Below are positions 28,657-36,764 of a DNA stretch of 64,000 bases, one piece after another. The notes under the pieces were generated by a model. It searched no databases and was not told the origin of the DNA. It worked only from the letters and a program-made list of their open reading frames with translations. The stretch is from a virus: IMG/VR virus record IMGVR_UViG_3300029448_000009, positions 1 through 64,000 of that record. One strand, 5' to 3'. Each line of letters begins with the position of its first letter. Within the stretch, counting starts at the first letter, position 1. Both the position numbers and the translations under genes were made by a program.

Positions 28657-29113
28657 TTATTTTTTTATATGTTACTTTTAAATTATTAGAAGTTAAATCT
28701 TTTGCTTTTAAATTACCAAAGCCTCTTTTTTCATTAACTAGTTTAGCTGCTTTTATAGCTCTTTTTTTATCTAATATTTCTTGTTTTCTTTTTTCTTTTT
28801 CTTCCTGCTCATCAAAATTCTTTTTTAATTCTAACGCAGCTTTATCCATAAATACAGGTTTCCATCTTTCTGGTTTATCAGGACAAGTTGTTGTTTTCCA
28901 TTTAGCTTTATGTTCTAATAAACAACCACACAACCCACATCTCATACTACTTTTAATTAAATGTGGACATGTATTACAAGTCTCTAATCTTTCTATATAT
29001 ACTTTATTAGAAACATTTGGGGCACCTTCTTTAATATACTTTGTTAGTTCTCCTGCAAATGTTTTTGCCATTTGAAAAATACTAGGCGGCTTTGGTTCTT
29101 CTTTTTTACTCAT
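28610..29113 (-). CDS. Cys-rich zinc-binding protein
   Basis: RLETCNTCPHL...CGLCGC...KAKW...CP...W. Confidence 0.6.
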   Translation of the reverse strand: MSKKEEPKPPSIFQMAKTFAGELTKYIKEGAPNVSNKVYIERLETCNTCPHLIKSSMRCGLCGCLLEHKAKWKTTTCPDKPERWKPVFMDKAALELKKNFDEQEEKEKRKQEILDKKRAIKAAKLVNEKRGFGNLKAKDLTSNNLKVTYKKINDAENPEDNNSKTSK

Positions 29114-29208
29114 ATTGATCTACTTCTATTTTTAATAACTTACCATGTTTATCCTGCATAATTATAATTACATAAGGATAACATTGATATTCCATTATAA
29201 CATAATTT

Positions 29209-29526
29209 TTATACAATATTGATTTCAATTTTTTTAATTTGAGGATTTAACATTTTATTAACTGCATACGATCCTTTATTAAATGTTAAAGCTCCTTTAT
29301 CTTTTAATTTTTTAATATAATTATTTAAATCATTAGGGTCTTCAAATTGTAGTAATTTAGCTACATCATCTTTATTTTTCTTACTACATAAATTTTTTCT
29401 TTTAGCTGTTATATTTACTTTTATAAAAGCTGATACAACTTCTAACTCTTTATTTGTAAGATCAAATATCCCATTCCATATTTGCAATCTTTTATATATA
29501 CTATTTGCTTTTATCTTTACTTTCAT
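29209..29526 (-). CDS. Putative winged-HTH DNA-binding protein
   Basis: LTNKELEV...LNNYIKKLKDKGAL pattern. Confidence 0.55.
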   Translation of the reverse strand: MKVKIKANSIYKRLQIWNGIFDLTNKELEVVSAFIKVNITAKRKNLCSKKNKDDVAKLLQFEDPNDLNNYIKKLKDKGALTFNKGSYAVNKMLNPQIKKIEINIV

Positions 29527-29689
29527 CTATTGTTAAATATATTATATATTCATTTTTTCCTATAGAACATTCTAAGTCCCATGTATTAGATATATTCTCA
29601 CTCCCCCATTCATGTAAACTTTCATTAAAATCTCTTAGTGTATACATAAACTCTTCAAAATTAGTTATTCTAAATTCTGTTTTTTTCAT
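29501..29689 (-). CDS. Hypothetical protein
   Basis: Overlap-packed with neighbours. Confidence 0.5.
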   Translation of the reverse strand: MKKTEFRITNFEEFMYTLRDFNESLHEWGSENISNTWDLECSIGKNEYIIYLTIDESKDKSK

Positions 29690-29921
29690 CCTTCTTTTGA
29701 ATTACCGCTTTCCCATTTTGTATTACAATTTTAGATCTTTTAGATTGTCTATTAAATTCATCAATATGGGTATTTATATCTTTTCTACTACAAATAAAAG
29801 ATAAAAATACTTGTAATTCTTTTATACTATAAGCAGTGTTATCCTTTAATGTATCTAAATTAGTTTTTGATTCTACCAATTTGTGATAATCTTTTAAGCT
29901 AATAGTAACAGTCCCTGTCAT
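29670..29921 (-). CDS. Hypothetical protein
   Basis: Overlap-packed ORF, MTGTVTISLKDY start. Confidence 0.5.
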   Translation of the reverse strand: MTGTVTISLKDYHKLVESKTNLDTLKDNTAYSIKELQVFLSFICSRKDINTHIDEFNRQSKRSKIVIQNGKAVIQKKDEKNRI

Positions 29922-29922
29922 T

Positions 29923-30198
29923 TTATAGTTTACCTAAAATATTGTATTCTGGGACAATAATAAACTCTCCCTCATCTAAATGTAAGACACGAGCTTCTAC
30001 TGTTGGATCTACCATTACAGTTTCTCCTACCTCACAAAATTTACATTCAGGACCTTTAGCTACTACTTTTAATATATTCGTAGTTATAGCTCCTGCTGTT
30101 TTTGAGTCTAAAATAATTCCTGATTCTGTTACCTTCTTTGCTGGATTTGGGAGTAATAACCACTGACCATAAGGTTGAAATGTTGTTTTCTTTGCCAT
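29923..30198 (-). CDS. groES: Co-chaperonin GroES/Cpn10
   Basis: FQPYG, mobile loop KVTESGIIL, VVAKGP, VGETV and E..ILG motifs. Confidence 0.85.
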   Translation of the reverse strand: MAKKTTFQPYGQWLLLPNPAKKVTESGIILDSKTAGAITTNILKVVAKGPECKFCEVGETVMVDPTVEARVLHLDEGEFIIVPEYNILGKL

Positions 30199-30220
30199 TT
30201 TATTATAAATTAGTTCTTTG

Positions 30221-30228
30221 CAAATATA
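30221..30228 (-). promoter_or_regulatory. Bacteroidota sigma70 -7 box (TATATTTG) for the leftward operon
   Basis: TAnnTTTG consensus about 22 nt upstream of the groES start. Confidence 0.6.
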
Positions 30229-30750
30229 TAATAAAAATAATTATAAAAACAAATTATAAATGAAGTTTTTCATTTTTGGATATACCTCTCCCCTTAGAGA
30301 TTAGTTTAATTTTGAATTTCTACTTACCGTTTTTAGCCTTCGTAGGTACATTTCTATCAGCCTATAGTATTACTCCTACCTAAGTTTTATATCAAAACAA
30401 TTTTTGGAATTATCGGGGACAACCGTGACTAATAAATTAGTTCGTAAACCCAACTTCTGACCCTATAACTACTTTCGCCCTCTAGGGTGATCTATGATTC
30501 CAGTACAATATTAAACAATTCCTACAACAAATGCAAGTATTATTATTAATATATATAAATAATTTGAAATATCTATTTTCATAATATTGCAATATACTAA
30601 TCTAATGTTAGATAAATATTAATAGAATGTAAAAAAATTATTAAAAAAATTTTTTTAAAAAAATCTGTGAGAGTGTGGGGGTATTAAGAACCGCACCCCA
30701 TCAAGTTGTTGTATTAACAACAGCCCTACGGGCTCTTAAATTATTTATTT

Positions 30751-31038
30751 ATGTCAAACAAAACTAAATTATATGCTATTAAGTACAACGATGTAAACAA
30801 CGTTGTAACACTATGTGACCAACCACTAGGTGGTGGTACACAAGTAAATGTACTTGGCGACACAGCTAAGCTGTTCGACCAAGATCTCAAACCTACAAGG
30901 TTTGCTTCTTATAAAATCTTAGATAGTGCAAGCACTACCGAAGAGTTAAAGAAGAAGTTTTCTAAACCAATTGAACTCACAGAGCTCAAATGGGGAGAAC
31001 AGAAGGACGGCGTCCTCTACAATGTAGAGAAAGCCTAA
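30751..31038 (+). CDS. Hypothetical early protein (first rightward gene)
   Basis: 95-aa ORF with its own terminator. Confidence 0.65.
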   Translation: MSNKTKLYAIKYNDVNNVVTLCDQPLGGGTQVNVLGDTAKLFDQDLKPTRFASYKILDSASTTEELKKKFSKPIELTELKWGEQKDGVLYNVEKA

Positions 31039-31043
31039 CCTTC

Positions 31044-31068
31044 AAGGGGGACTAACGTCCCCTTTTTT
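31044..31068 (+). terminator. Intrinsic terminator
   Basis: GGGGAC-taac-GTCCCC followed by a T-run. Confidence 0.8.
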
Positions 31069-31212
31069 ATTTATCGTGTGCGGATCTGATACTATTGGCT
31101 TTTATTGTGTGTGTATGTGCTTGCCAGCCATCACACGCATGATTTCACCGTGTATCATGTCCTTAACTTATTTACTTAATCATATAATATAACACTTATA
31201 ACAATATAGAAA

Positions 31213-31288
31213 GGCTGTACCTGTTTTCACAGATAGTAGTATTTATACTGCAACAGCGTAATCCTGAACATGATGACAAACTGTTCAA
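31213..31288 (+). ncRNA. Candidate structured RNA: three-way junction plus H-type pseudoknot
   Basis: GCTGT/ACAGC encloses CTGT/ACAG and AGTAT/ATACT hairpins; then ATC-CTGAACAT-GAT-gacaaac-TGTTCA. Confidence 0.45.
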
Positions 31289-31362
31289 ATCTAACAGAGT
31301 AAACTGTATAAATCATTATTATAAACTTAATTAATAGGTCGTGTCTCACCACTAATTAAATT

Positions 31363-31569
31363 ATGAAAACATTAAAAACAATTTTTAATCTTGCAAAATA
31401 CTTTGTAGTCTTTGCACTTATGTTAATCCTTATGTTAGGTGGTGCATATTTCTTTATATGGTCAATAATACTTTCATTTAAGTACATTGCTATATTCTTA
31501 CTTGCATCAGTTGCATTTGGAATGGGAGCGTTTATGCTGAATACAGTAGTAGATTCATTAAACAAATGA
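31363..31569 (+). CDS. Small two-TM membrane protein (early)
   Basis: Almost entirely hydrophobic 68-aa ORF. Confidence 0.55.
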   Translation: MKTLKTIFNLAKYFVVFALMLILMLGGAYFFIWSIILSFKYIAIFLLASVAFGMGAFMLNTVVDSLNK

Positions 31570-31626
31570 GTCTATTCATAATATCAATATTGTTAGTAAT
31601 TATATATGTAATATTGTATGAAGCAT

Positions 31627-31666
31627 TATAGGGGTAGATCTATTGTTAAGGTGATCTACCCTTATA
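31627..31666 (+). terminator. Hairpin (terminator or processing site)
   Basis: TATAGGGGTAGATC ... GATCTACCCTTATA inverted repeat. Confidence 0.55.
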
Positions 31667-31695
31667 TTTATTTAACTTACTTAAACTTAGAACTT

Positions 31696-31959
31696 ATGAA
31701 CATTGTAAAAATAGAACCGTGTAAAGAGTGTGGCTCAAATCGTGGGCAATTAATGGAACTAAAGACAACAGTAGCTGACTGTATTAAATGTGGTCATCTA
31801 TGTGATGTAGATACTGTTGTGTATGAATATGATGAAGCAGTTAATGATATTATAGAATGTCATGTTGCACATCAAGCAGAACAAAAAGAACTAACAGAAT
31901 GGGAAGAACAACAGCTGTTAGATTATGGATATGTAAAATATAAACCTAAAAATAAATAG
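31696..31959 (+). CDS. Zinc-ribbon hypothetical protein
   Basis: CKECG...CIKCG; start moved to MNIVK because the track's upstream start runs through a hairpin. Confidence 0.6.
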   Translation: MNIVKIEPCKECGSNRGQLMELKTTVADCIKCGHLCDVDTVVYEYDEAVNDIIECHVAHQAEQKELTEWEEQQLLDYGYVKYKPKNK

Positions 31960-31961
31960 AT

Positions 31962-32552
31962 ATGGGAATGGATGTATATGGGTTAAACCCAACAATAACA
32001 GGAGACAAACCAGGGTTTCCTGATAATTTTAGAGACTTATCACAAAAAGCACAAGATTATTATTGGGAGTTAGATAAAGAGTGGGATGATAATAATCCTG
32101 GTTATTACTTTAGAGCTAATATATGGTCATGGCGTGTAATACATGCATTGTGTGATGCTGCTATTTCAAAATATGAGCTTGACATGAACACAGAAGGATG
32201 GGGTCATAACTCTGGTCATGGTCTTAAGATTACCTCTGAGTGTTACAAACTTGCAGATGCTCTTGAGGATTTTGTAGAAAGTATGGATGATAATAAGATA
32301 GATAGAATTGGTATTAATATGGGTATGTGGACTGTTAGAGGAGAGAATGGGTATAATTTTAAAGAGTTAGATGAAGCTGATAGAAATACATTAGATATAT
32401 TGTATCCAGGTGTTATAGATAGATTACCTATTGAATTTAAAACTAAGAGTGGTGAAGAAATAGAAGTTTATCCTAGTCATCATACTGATATAGATCATTT
32501 AAAAGAGTTTATAAATTTTTTACGAAATTGTAATGGTTTTGAAATAATATGA
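31962..32552 (+). CDS. Hypothetical phage protein (MGMDVY...FLRNCNGFEI type)
   Basis: YFRANIWSW motif and the terminal motifs are of a kind seen in phage early proteins. Confidence 0.65.
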   Translation: MGMDVYGLNPTITGDKPGFPDNFRDLSQKAQDYYWELDKEWDDNNPGYYFRANIWSWRVIHALCDAAISKYELDMNTEGWGHNSGHGLKITSECYKLADALEDFVESMDDNKIDRIGINMGMWTVRGENGYNFKELDEADRNTLDILYPGVIDRLPIEFKTKSGEEIEVYPSHHTDIDHLKEFINFLRNCNGFEII

Positions 32553-32632
32553 TAGAAATAGCAATTTACAGTCTATTAGTAGGGATAGCAATAGGCATGT
32601 ATATAACAACACAAATAGATAAAAAGTTATGA
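32549..32632 (+). CDS. Small membrane peptide (27 aa)
   Basis: MIEIAIYSLLVGIAIGMYITTQIDKKL; ATGA overlaps at both ends. Confidence 0.5.
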   Translation: MIEIAIYSLLVGIAIGMYITTQIDKKL

Positions 32633-32793
32633 TGAATAAATTAAAATACTATATAATAGCGTGGTTGCAAGGGAGAAAAGCAGCCACGACATTTGCTATA
32701 GAAAGGCAAATTGGTGATTTAAAGAAATATGATCGTAGAAAAGAAAGGTCATGGATATATTGGAATAATAAAATAATGACACCATGGAATTAG
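32629..32793 (+). CDS. Small hypothetical protein
   Basis: Manual translation MMNKLKYYIIAWLQG...; overlap-coupled to both neighbours. Confidence 0.45.
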   Translation: MMNKLKYYIIAWLQGRKAATTFAIERQIGDLKKYDRRKERSWIYWNNKIMTPWN

Positions 32794-32897
32794 ACGTTAT
32801 TAGTGAGTGCTGTGATGCACCAACAAACTCAGACACACCTATTTGTACAAGTTGTAATGAATGGTGTGACTATTATTACGAAGAAGATTTAGAATAA
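32784..32897 (+). CDS. Small Zn-finger peptide (37 aa)
   Basis: MELDVISECCDAP...ICTSCNEWCD. Confidence 0.55.
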   Translation: MELDVISECCDAPTNSDTPICTSCNEWCDYYYEEDLE

Positions 32898-32924
32898 ATA
32901 CTAACATTTAAAAACCTTAACAAC

Positions 32925-33218
32925 ATGTACAAAGTAAAATTTGAATGTGATTTACTAGGAGATCACACAGCAAATGTCCTAGATTTATGTGAAACAGATA
33001 CAATTCAATTTAATAGTGCATTTGATGCAATTTTATTTATTGAGGATTGTACAAATGCAATAACTACGGTCGGGGAGATCATACCGTGGTTAGCCAAAAA
33101 TGAGATATATTTTGAAGAAATGAGTCAACAAGCAAGACCATTCTCAGAAATGTCTAAAGATGCAGGCAATATACATTTAATAACAAACACAAATGATTTC
33201 AAACAATTAATTAAATAA
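32925..33218 (+). CDS. Hypothetical protein
   Basis: ORF track; A-rich leader. Confidence 0.55.
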   Translation: MYKVKFECDLLGDHTANVLDLCETDTIQFNSAFDAILFIEDCTNAITTVGEIIPWLAKNEIYFEEMSQQARPFSEMSKDAGNIHLITNTNDFKQLIK

Positions 33219-33237
33219 CATTAAAAATAAGAATATT

Positions 33238-33861
33238 ATGGAAAATAATCTTAATAGTGGATCAATAGAATCCCTACAACCAGGCCAAACATTATTGATT
33301 GGTGCAAGACAAGTAAACAATGGCAAGATTCAATTAGAATTTGCAGAGAAAATATCTGCAAGTGATAAACCTGCTAATGCTTTATCTTTATTAAATGCTA
33401 GTGATAGCAGATTTAGCAGTGGTGCTAGAAGATCATGGACAACTGCAGAACCAGTTGATGCAACTAAAACATTTGGAGTAGATTTTTCTGAAGGAAACCA
33501 AGATTGGTACAGCAGTGAAAGAGGTATGCAAATGGATCTTAATATCTTAAACCCATTTGTTGCTTTAAATGGAACAGACTACAGATTTAAAATGAGAATT
33601 GTAGAAGTTACATCTAAAGAAGCTAATGAGTGGGAACTAGATAACGTAGAAAAAGCTGCTAAACGTGCAGGTAAAGATGGTGATTATATTACTCATAGTG
33701 GTGATTACATCTTCTCAAGAACAGAAATGGTTCTTGCTAAACCTGAGCAGAAAATAGTTCATACATTATTAGAGTCTGATACACAGACTACACAAACACC
33801 TGTAAATCAGGGGGTTACAGCTGATAAAGTTGTAGAGACAGCCGATGAATTTATAGTATAA
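33238..33861 (+). CDS. Hypothetical protein (possible OB-fold/ssDNA-binding)
   Basis: Beta-rich with acidic C-terminal tail; function is a guess. Confidence 0.45.
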   Translation: MENNLNSGSIESLQPGQTLLIGARQVNNGKIQLEFAEKISASDKPANALSLLNASDSRFSSGARRSWTTAEPVDATKTFGVDFSEGNQDWYSSERGMQMDLNILNPFVALNGTDYRFKMRIVEVTSKEANEWELDNVEKAAKRAGKDGDYITHSGDYIFSRTEMVLAKPEQKIVHTLLESDTQTTQTPVNQGVTADKVVETADEFIV

Positions 33862-33879
33862 ATAAATTCTTTATAATAC

Positions 33880-33910
33880 TTGTGTATTATAAATAAATTG
33901 TTTATATTTG
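33880..33910 (+). promoter_or_regulatory. Bacteroidota sigma70 promoter (-33 TTG, -7 TATATTTG)
   Basis: TTG 33880-33882, 20-nt spacer, TATATTTG 33903-33910. Confidence 0.65.
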
Positions 33911-33992
33911 CTTGTGTGATATTAGAGATAACAGATCTTAAATAATTTGTTGTTAATACAATCTAATTAAAAACCAAGCAAATGTGTGTAAG

Positions 33993-34025
33993 TAAGGGGG
34001 AACCAAAAGTTTCCCCTTATTTTTT
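33993..34025 (+). terminator. Intrinsic terminator
   Basis: TAAGGGGGAAC-caaaa-GTTTCCCCTTA followed by T6. Confidence 0.8.
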
Positions 34026-34031
34026 CTAGTA

Positions 34032-34232
34032 ATGTTTAAACTCTGCGTAATGGGACATATGAAATCTATTGAGCAAATGGTTCGAGACGGATCATTTGAC
34101 TCTGAGTTTATGCCTTCTTATAAAAAGGCAATTGATAAAGATCAAAACACATTTATATTTGCAGGACAAAGATACAATATAGAATACGGGAGAGCCGTAG
34201 TTAACTTTGTTATAAAACACAAAAACATATGA
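34032..34232 (+). CDS. Hypothetical protein
   Basis: ORF coupled to polA; start may be the later MGHMK. Confidence 0.55.
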   Translation: MFKLCVMGHMKSIEQMVRDGSFDSEFMPSYKKAIDKDQNTFIFAGQRYNIEYGRAVVNFVIKHKNI

Positions 34233-36124
34233 TTTATTATATAGGAAATAAAGGTTTATCAGCAGACATTAGTTGTTGTATTAATGCAACTACAGATTTT
34301 GCAGTTAGTTATCTAAAAGATAAAGAGGTATTAGGTGTCGATACAGAAACAGAAGGTATGGACTTTACTTCTAAGAAAATGATAATGTTCCAAATAGGTG
34401 ATAAGACTCATCAATTTATATTTGATACAAGAGTAGCATCTATTGAACCTTTACGAGAAATATTAGAAAGCAAGAAAATCATTAAAATATTACATAATGC
34501 TAAATTTGATTATAAATTCATTAGAAAATGGGCTAATATAGAGCTAGTTAATGTTTATGATACATTTTTAACAGAAAGAGTGCTACACTGTGGTAAAAGA
34601 GGACCAAAATATGGGTTAAAAGACTTAGTTAAAAACTATTTTGATAAAGACTTGGACAAAGACACAAGAAATCAATTTGTTAAATTACAAGGACAACCTT
34701 ATACTGATAAACAAATGCAGTATGGTGCTGAAGACGTAGAATATCTAATTGACATTAGATTAAAACAATTACCACAAATAGCAGATAAAAAATTAGAAGA
34801 GTTAGTTCAGCTTGAAAACATGGCTGTGCTAGCTTTCTCTGATATAGAATACAACGGATTAGATTTAGATCAAGAAGCATGGTTAAAACTTGACAATGAG
34901 AATGAAGGTAAAGCCAAAGAGTATTATCAAGATTTAGACAATGCAGTCTTACAAGATCCAAGATTAGAACCGTTTGTATTAAAATATGTTCAAGGAGATT
35001 TATTCACTGGACATGAAGAGTTGAGAAAAGTTGGTGTGAATTGGGACTCACCTAAACAGGTGTTAAGAGTCTTTAATGCGCTAATCCCTGAGTTAGAAAA
35101 TGTTAATGGTAAAGAACTGTATAAGCATAGAAAATATGGCTTAGTTAGCAAGTACATACGATACAAAGAGTATATGAAGCTCTGTACATCATATGGTAAA
35201 CCATTCTTTAAATACTTTAAGAGTGATGGCAAGATTCACACTAACTTTCATCAAATACTGGATACGGGGCGTGTAAGCTCTAGTGATCCTAATATGCAAC
35301 AAATTCCTGCAAACAATGACTTTAGAAATTGTTTCATAGCTCCTGAAGGCTGGTCGTTTGTAAGCTCTGACTACACTAGTCAAGAGTTAAACGTCATTGC
35401 TTTTGGTTCTAAAGATCCTGTTTGGATACAAGCATTAGAAGATGGACAAGATCTTCACAGTGTATGTGCTGAACTAGTTTATAAGGAAAAGTGGAGTAAG
35501 GCTGCTGAAGACAATTGTGCTTACCTTGGGGGTAAGGTTAAGTGTGAATGTCCTCAGCACCAAACTCTCAGAAATAATGTTAAAGCAATTAACTTTGGTT
35601 TAGCTTATGGTATGGGTCCATTTAAATTAGCAGATACTTTACAAATTAGTAAACAAGCTGCTGTAGATTTAATAGATGAATATTTTAAAGCATTTCCTTC
35701 TATTAAAGGGTTTTTAGAAAAGCTTGGTAACTTTGGTAAACAATATGGTTACATTAAAACTTTTCCCCCATTTAATAGAAAGAGATGGTTTAGTACATGG
35801 TATCCACGAATTTGGAACAATAGATCTTCTATAATGGAGGTTGGTAGTATTGAACGTGCATCTAAAAATACTCCTATTCAAGGTGCAAGTGCAGACATGA
35901 CTAAATTAGCGTTAGTAATTATTCACAAACATATTAAAGAGAATAATCTACCTGTTAAAATGGTAATGACTGTACATGATCAGATAGATACTATTTGTAG
36001 TAACAGCTACACTAAAACATGGAAAAAACAAATGACTCTATTAATGGAACAAGCAGCAAGAACTATAGTAACTAATGGACTATTGAAAGCAGATACACAC
36101 ATATCTAAAACATGGTCAAAATAA
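34229..36124 (+). CDS. polA: DNA polymerase family A (3'-5' exonuclease plus polymerase)
   Basis: DTETE, HNAKFD and YGAEDV exonuclease motifs; TGRVSS.DPNMQQIP, motif A DYTSQEL, motif B KAINFGLAYG, motif C VHD. Confidence 0.95.
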   Translation: MIYYIGNKGLSADISCCINATTDFAVSYLKDKEVLGVDTETEGMDFTSKKMIMFQIGDKTHQFIFDTRVASIEPLREILESKKIIKILHNAKFDYKFIRKWANIELVNVYDTFLTERVLHCGKRGPKYGLKDLVKNYFDKDLDKDTRNQFVKLQGQPYTDKQMQYGAEDVEYLIDIRLKQLPQIADKKLEELVQLENMAVLAFSDIEYNGLDLDQEAWLKLDNENEGKAKEYYQDLDNAVLQDPRLEPFVLKYVQGDLFTGHEELRKVGVNWDSPKQVLRVFNALIPELENVNGKELYKHRKYGLVSKYIRYKEYMKLCTSYGKPFFKYFKSDGKIHTNFHQILDTGRVSSSDPNMQQIPANNDFRNCFIAPEGWSFVSSDYTSQELNVIAFGSKDPVWIQALEDGQDLHSVCAELVYKEKWSKAAEDNCAYLGGKVKCECPQHQTLRNNVKAINFGLAYGMGPFKLADTLQISKQAAVDLIDEYFKAFPSIKGFLEKLGNFGKQYGYIKTFPPFNRKRWFSTWYPRIWNNRSSIMEVGSIERASKNTPIQGASADMTKLALVIIHKHIKENNLPVKMVMTVHDQIDTICSNSYTKTWKKQMTLLMEQAARTIVTNGLLKADTHISKTWSK

Positions 36125-36132
36125 TTTAAATT

Positions 36133-36540
36133 ATGAAATACGAAGTAAGTAAAGGTCATCCTAGATATAAAGAAGCTATGCATATGATTGAAATAATGTG
36201 CAAAGCTTTAGGAACTAAAAAGGGTGAATTAAGAAATGTTACTAGAACTAGAAATCTAGTAGATGCTAGGCGTGTGTGCTATGTATTGTTAGCTGAAAGG
36301 CTACAAATGCCTACATTACATATAGCTGGTTATTTTGATAAAGACCATGCTACAGTTAGACATAGTCTTCTACAACATGATAGTTTTTATCAGTTTGATA
36401 AAGACTATAGAATACAATTTGATTATGTTAAAAGCATAGTAGATAAAAATGAATATGTGGAAGAAGATGTTTATGATGTAATTAATAATTTGTTATTAAG
36501 AGTAGAAATATTAGAAGGTAAATTAAAGAAAGCGTTATGA
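36133..36540 (+). CDS. DnaA C-terminal-domain-like HTH protein
   Basis: RTRNLVDARR...IAGYFDKDHATVRHS matches the DnaA domain IV signature. Confidence 0.8.
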   Translation: MKYEVSKGHPRYKEAMHMIEIMCKALGTKKGELRNVTRTRNLVDARRVCYVLLAERLQMPTLHIAGYFDKDHATVRHSLLQHDSFYQFDKDYRIQFDYVKSIVDKNEYVEEDVYDVINNLLLRVEILEGKLKKAL

Positions 36541-36764
36541 AATCACATTACACAAAGAAAATAAATGATTGGGAACTAAATATAGAATATAATTATATAC
36601 CAGCTGAAGCTTCTACACAAGACTATCCAGGGGTGGGGAGTAGTGTAGAAGTGGAAGCTGCGTATTTGTTTGAGAAAGATATCTCAGATTTTTTGTATGA
36701 GTTTTGTCCCGATGAAATGTATGAATTAGAAAAAGAAATAACTGAATACCATGAAGATAATTAA
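36537..36764 (+). CDS. Hypothetical acidic protein
   Basis: ORF track; DYPG motif. Confidence 0.55.
   Translation: MKSHYTKKINDWELNIEYNYIPAEASTQDYPGVGSSVEVEAAYLFEKDISDFLYEFCPDEMYELEKEITEYHEDN

Noticed and set aside
28587-29075. 162-aa plus-strand ORF
   Set aside because: Antisense shadow of the Cys-rich minus-strand gene. The other short opposite-strand ORFs in the track are rejected for the same reason.
31618-31695. N-terminal extension of ORF 31618..31959
   Set aside because: Runs through a strong hairpin; the ATG at 31696 with an A/T-rich leader is more plausible
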